Positions 62,061 to 64,000 of a stretch of DNA of 64,000 bases are shown one piece after another. Source of the DNA: Dehalococcoidia bacterium (GTDB lineage Bacteria > Chloroflexota > Dehalococcoidia > Plut-88900); assembly GCA_965207225.1 (NCBI GenBank), contig CBDBLV010000005.1, forward strand, positions 640,001 through 704,000, written 5' to 3'. The position numbers and the translations under genes are program-made. The notes beneath the pieces were generated by a model that was not told the DNA's origin, did no database searches, and saw only the letters and a list, made by a program, of their open reading frames with translations. The first letter of the stretch is position 1; each line of letters starts with the position of its first letter.

Positions 62061-64000
62061 ATGGTCTCCACTCTCCCCGCGCCCGAAGCCCTCGACCGCT
62101 CCCGTGTCTCCTTCGCCAAGCTCCCCGAAGTCCTCGAAATTCCCAGCCTGATCCTCGTCCAGCTGGACTCCTACGAATGGTTCCGTAAAGAAGGCCTCAA
62201 GGAACTCTTCGAAAAGGTCTCGCCTATCTCCGACTACGCCGGCGGCAGGTTCGACCTCCACTTCCTCGACTACGAGTTCCGGGATCCCACCAAGGACATC
62301 GACGCGGACGGCGAACCCCTCCCCTGCCCCTTGGGCAACCCCGACTGCCATAAGAAGCACTTCCCCAAGTACGACGAGAGTGAATGCCGTCTCCGGGACG
62401 CCACTTACGCAGCCCCCCTCTACGTCAAGGTCCAGCTTGTAATCAAGCAGACCGGCGAGGTCAAGGAGCAGGAATTGTTCATGGGGGACATCCCCCTTAT
62501 GACCTCCCAGGGTACCTTCATCATCAACGGCGCCGAGCGTGTGGTAGTCAGCCAGCTCGTCCGGTCCCCCGGCGTCTACTTCACCACGGACACCGACCCC
62601 TCAACCGGCCGTGGCCTCTGCTCCGCCAAGCTCATACCCAACCGGGGCGCTTGGCTCGAACTGGAGACCAGCAACAAGAACCTCATCTCTGCCAAGGTCG
62701 ATAGGAAGAGAAAGATCCCTGTCACTACCCTGCTCCGTTGCATCGGCTACGGGGAAAATAAGTCCATCAGGGAGCTCTTCAAAGACATCGACCTTGATGA
62801 CGAACATTCCTACATTGAAAGGACTCTCGAAAAAGACGGCGGCATCGAGTCCCGTGAAGAAGCCCTTATCGAACTCTACCGCCGCATCCGCCCCGGCGAG
62901 CCCCCCACCGTCGAAAACGCCGAAAACCTCCTCAAGGCCCTCTTCTTCAACCCCCGCCGCTACGACTTCGGGAAGGTTGGCCGTTACAAGGTCAACAAGA
63001 GGCTCGGCACGGAACTCCTCAAGGCCGCAGGCTTGGATGACGATGAAGCTCGAAAAGTCTACCCTGTCGTGGCCCCCGGCATCGTCGATGAAGACGCCGT
63101 CCGCTCCCTCCTTCCCGAAGACAAAGCCGACAAGGTCATCGAAGTCCTCAGCAACCGCGCCCTCAACAATGAAGATCTCCTTGCAATCGTTCGCAAGGTC
63201 ATCCTGGTCAACCAGGGCAAGGACACCGTCGACGACATCGACCACCTGGGCAACCGGCGGGTGAAGGGTGTCGGCGAGCTTATCCAGAACCAGTTCCGCA
63301 TCGGCCTCATGCGTATGGAGCGGGTAGTCCGTGAGCGCATGACCCTTACAGAGGCCGAGACCGCCATGGCCCAGGCCCTGGTCAACGTCCGACCTATCGT
63401 AGCTGCCATAAAGGAATTCTTCGGCGGCTCCCAGCTTTCCCAGTTCATGGACCAGACCAACCCCCTCGCCGAGCTCACCCACAAGCGCCGCCTCTCAACC
63501 CTCGGCCCCGGCGGACTATCCAGGGAACGCGCCGGCTTCGACGTCCGGGACGTCCATCACTCCCACTATGGCCGCATCTGCCCCATCGAAACCCCGGAAG
63601 GCCCCAACATCGGCCTCCTTGGCTCCCTCGCCACCTATTCCATTATCAATGAATACGGTTTCATAGAGACTCCTTACCGCAGAGTGCTAACGGAGGTCCC
63701 CTGCGATTCCGAGGAACTGCTGGGCAAGACCCTCACCGAAAAGGTCATGGGCACCGACGGCAAGGCAATCGCCAAGGCTGGCAGGGTGATTTCCAAGGCC
63801 TTGGCCACCAGAATAAAGAAACTCGAGGGCGTCACCGTCAAGGTCCAGCCCTTCGTTTCTTCAAAGATCGACTACCTGGCTGCCGATGAAGAAGAGCAGT
63901 TTGTCATTGCCCAGGCCAACTCGCCCCTTGACGACCAGAACCAGTTCACCACCGACAGAATCGAAGCCCGTTTCGGTGAGTCCACCAGGATAGAGACCCC
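62061..64000 (+). CDS. rpoB: RNA polymerase beta subunit, 3'-truncated by window edge
   Basis: GGAGG RBS; FIINGAERVVVSQLVRSPG, DDIDHLGNRR, SQLSQFMDQTNPL, HYGRICPIETPEGPNIGL. Confidence 0.99.
   Translation, partial: MVSTLPAPEALDRSRVSFAKLPEVLEIPSLILVQLDSYEWFRKEGLKELFEKVSPISDYAGGRFDLHFLDYEFRDPTKDIDADGEPLPCPLGNPDCHKKHFPKYDESECRLRDATYAAPLYVKVQLVIKQTGEVKEQELFMGDIPLMTSQGTFIINGAERVVVSQLVRSPGVYFTTDTDPSTGRGLCSAKLIPNRGAWLELETSNKNLISAKVDRKRKIPVTTLLRCIGYGENKSIRELFKDIDLDDEHSYIERTLEKDGGIESREEALIELYRRIRPGEPPTVENAENLLKALFFNPRRYDFGKVGRYKVNKRLGTELLKAAGLDDDEARKVYPVVAPGIVDEDAVRSLLPEDKADKVIEVLSNRALNNEDLLAIVRKVILVNQGKDTVDDIDHLGNRRVKGVGELIQNQFRIGLMRMERVVRERMTLTEAETAMAQALVNVRPIVAAIKEFFGGSQLSQFMDQTNPLAELTHKRRLSTLGPGGLSRERAGFDVRDVHHSHYGRICPIETPEGPNIGLLGSLATYSIINEYGFIETPYRRVLTEVPCDSEELLGKTLTEKVMGTDGKAIAKAGRVISKALATRIKKLEGVTVKVQPFVSSKIDYLAADEEEQFVIAQANSPLDDQNQFTTDRIEARFGESTRIET

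Overview
High-GC bacterial chromosomal window, most consistent with Chloroflexota/Dehalococcoidia (SAR202-like; inferred from the T-box, CIRCE, RpoB inserts and acyl-CoA paralog expansion). It holds an ISAs1 element, a Leu T-box-controlled ilvBNC-leuA-leuB-cimA operon and a 10-kb cluster of CoA-transferases, Ltp2-like thiolase-fold proteins, DUF35 proteins and hydrolases. It continues with tRNA-Ala(CGC), an accessory block (diiron enzyme, rhodanese, otsA, GH15, PLP decarboxylases), pxpABC, an MntA-HepT toxin-antitoxin pair, citrate synthase, korAB, lipB, CIRCE-groESL, split MetE, recO, ybeY-dnaX-ybaB-recR and the 5' part of rpoB. Features the ORF track misses: (1) two in-frame UGA selenoproteins (SelD, CxxU; a peroxiredoxin, TxxU), with selD coupled to a JAMM/Mec peptidase; (2) a family of same-orientation repeats whose flanks are constant and whose central hairpins differ in sequence yet stay perfectly paired, two copies of which sit in a larger homologous module ending in a sigma70 promoter; (3) a 311-nt ORF-free segment downstream of one such promoter, closed by a perfect 15-bp stem and containing multiple helices and a possible pseudoknot (candidate new ncRNA); (4) strong C-over-G strand skew affecting genes on both strands. 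All calls are by eye; no database searches were run.
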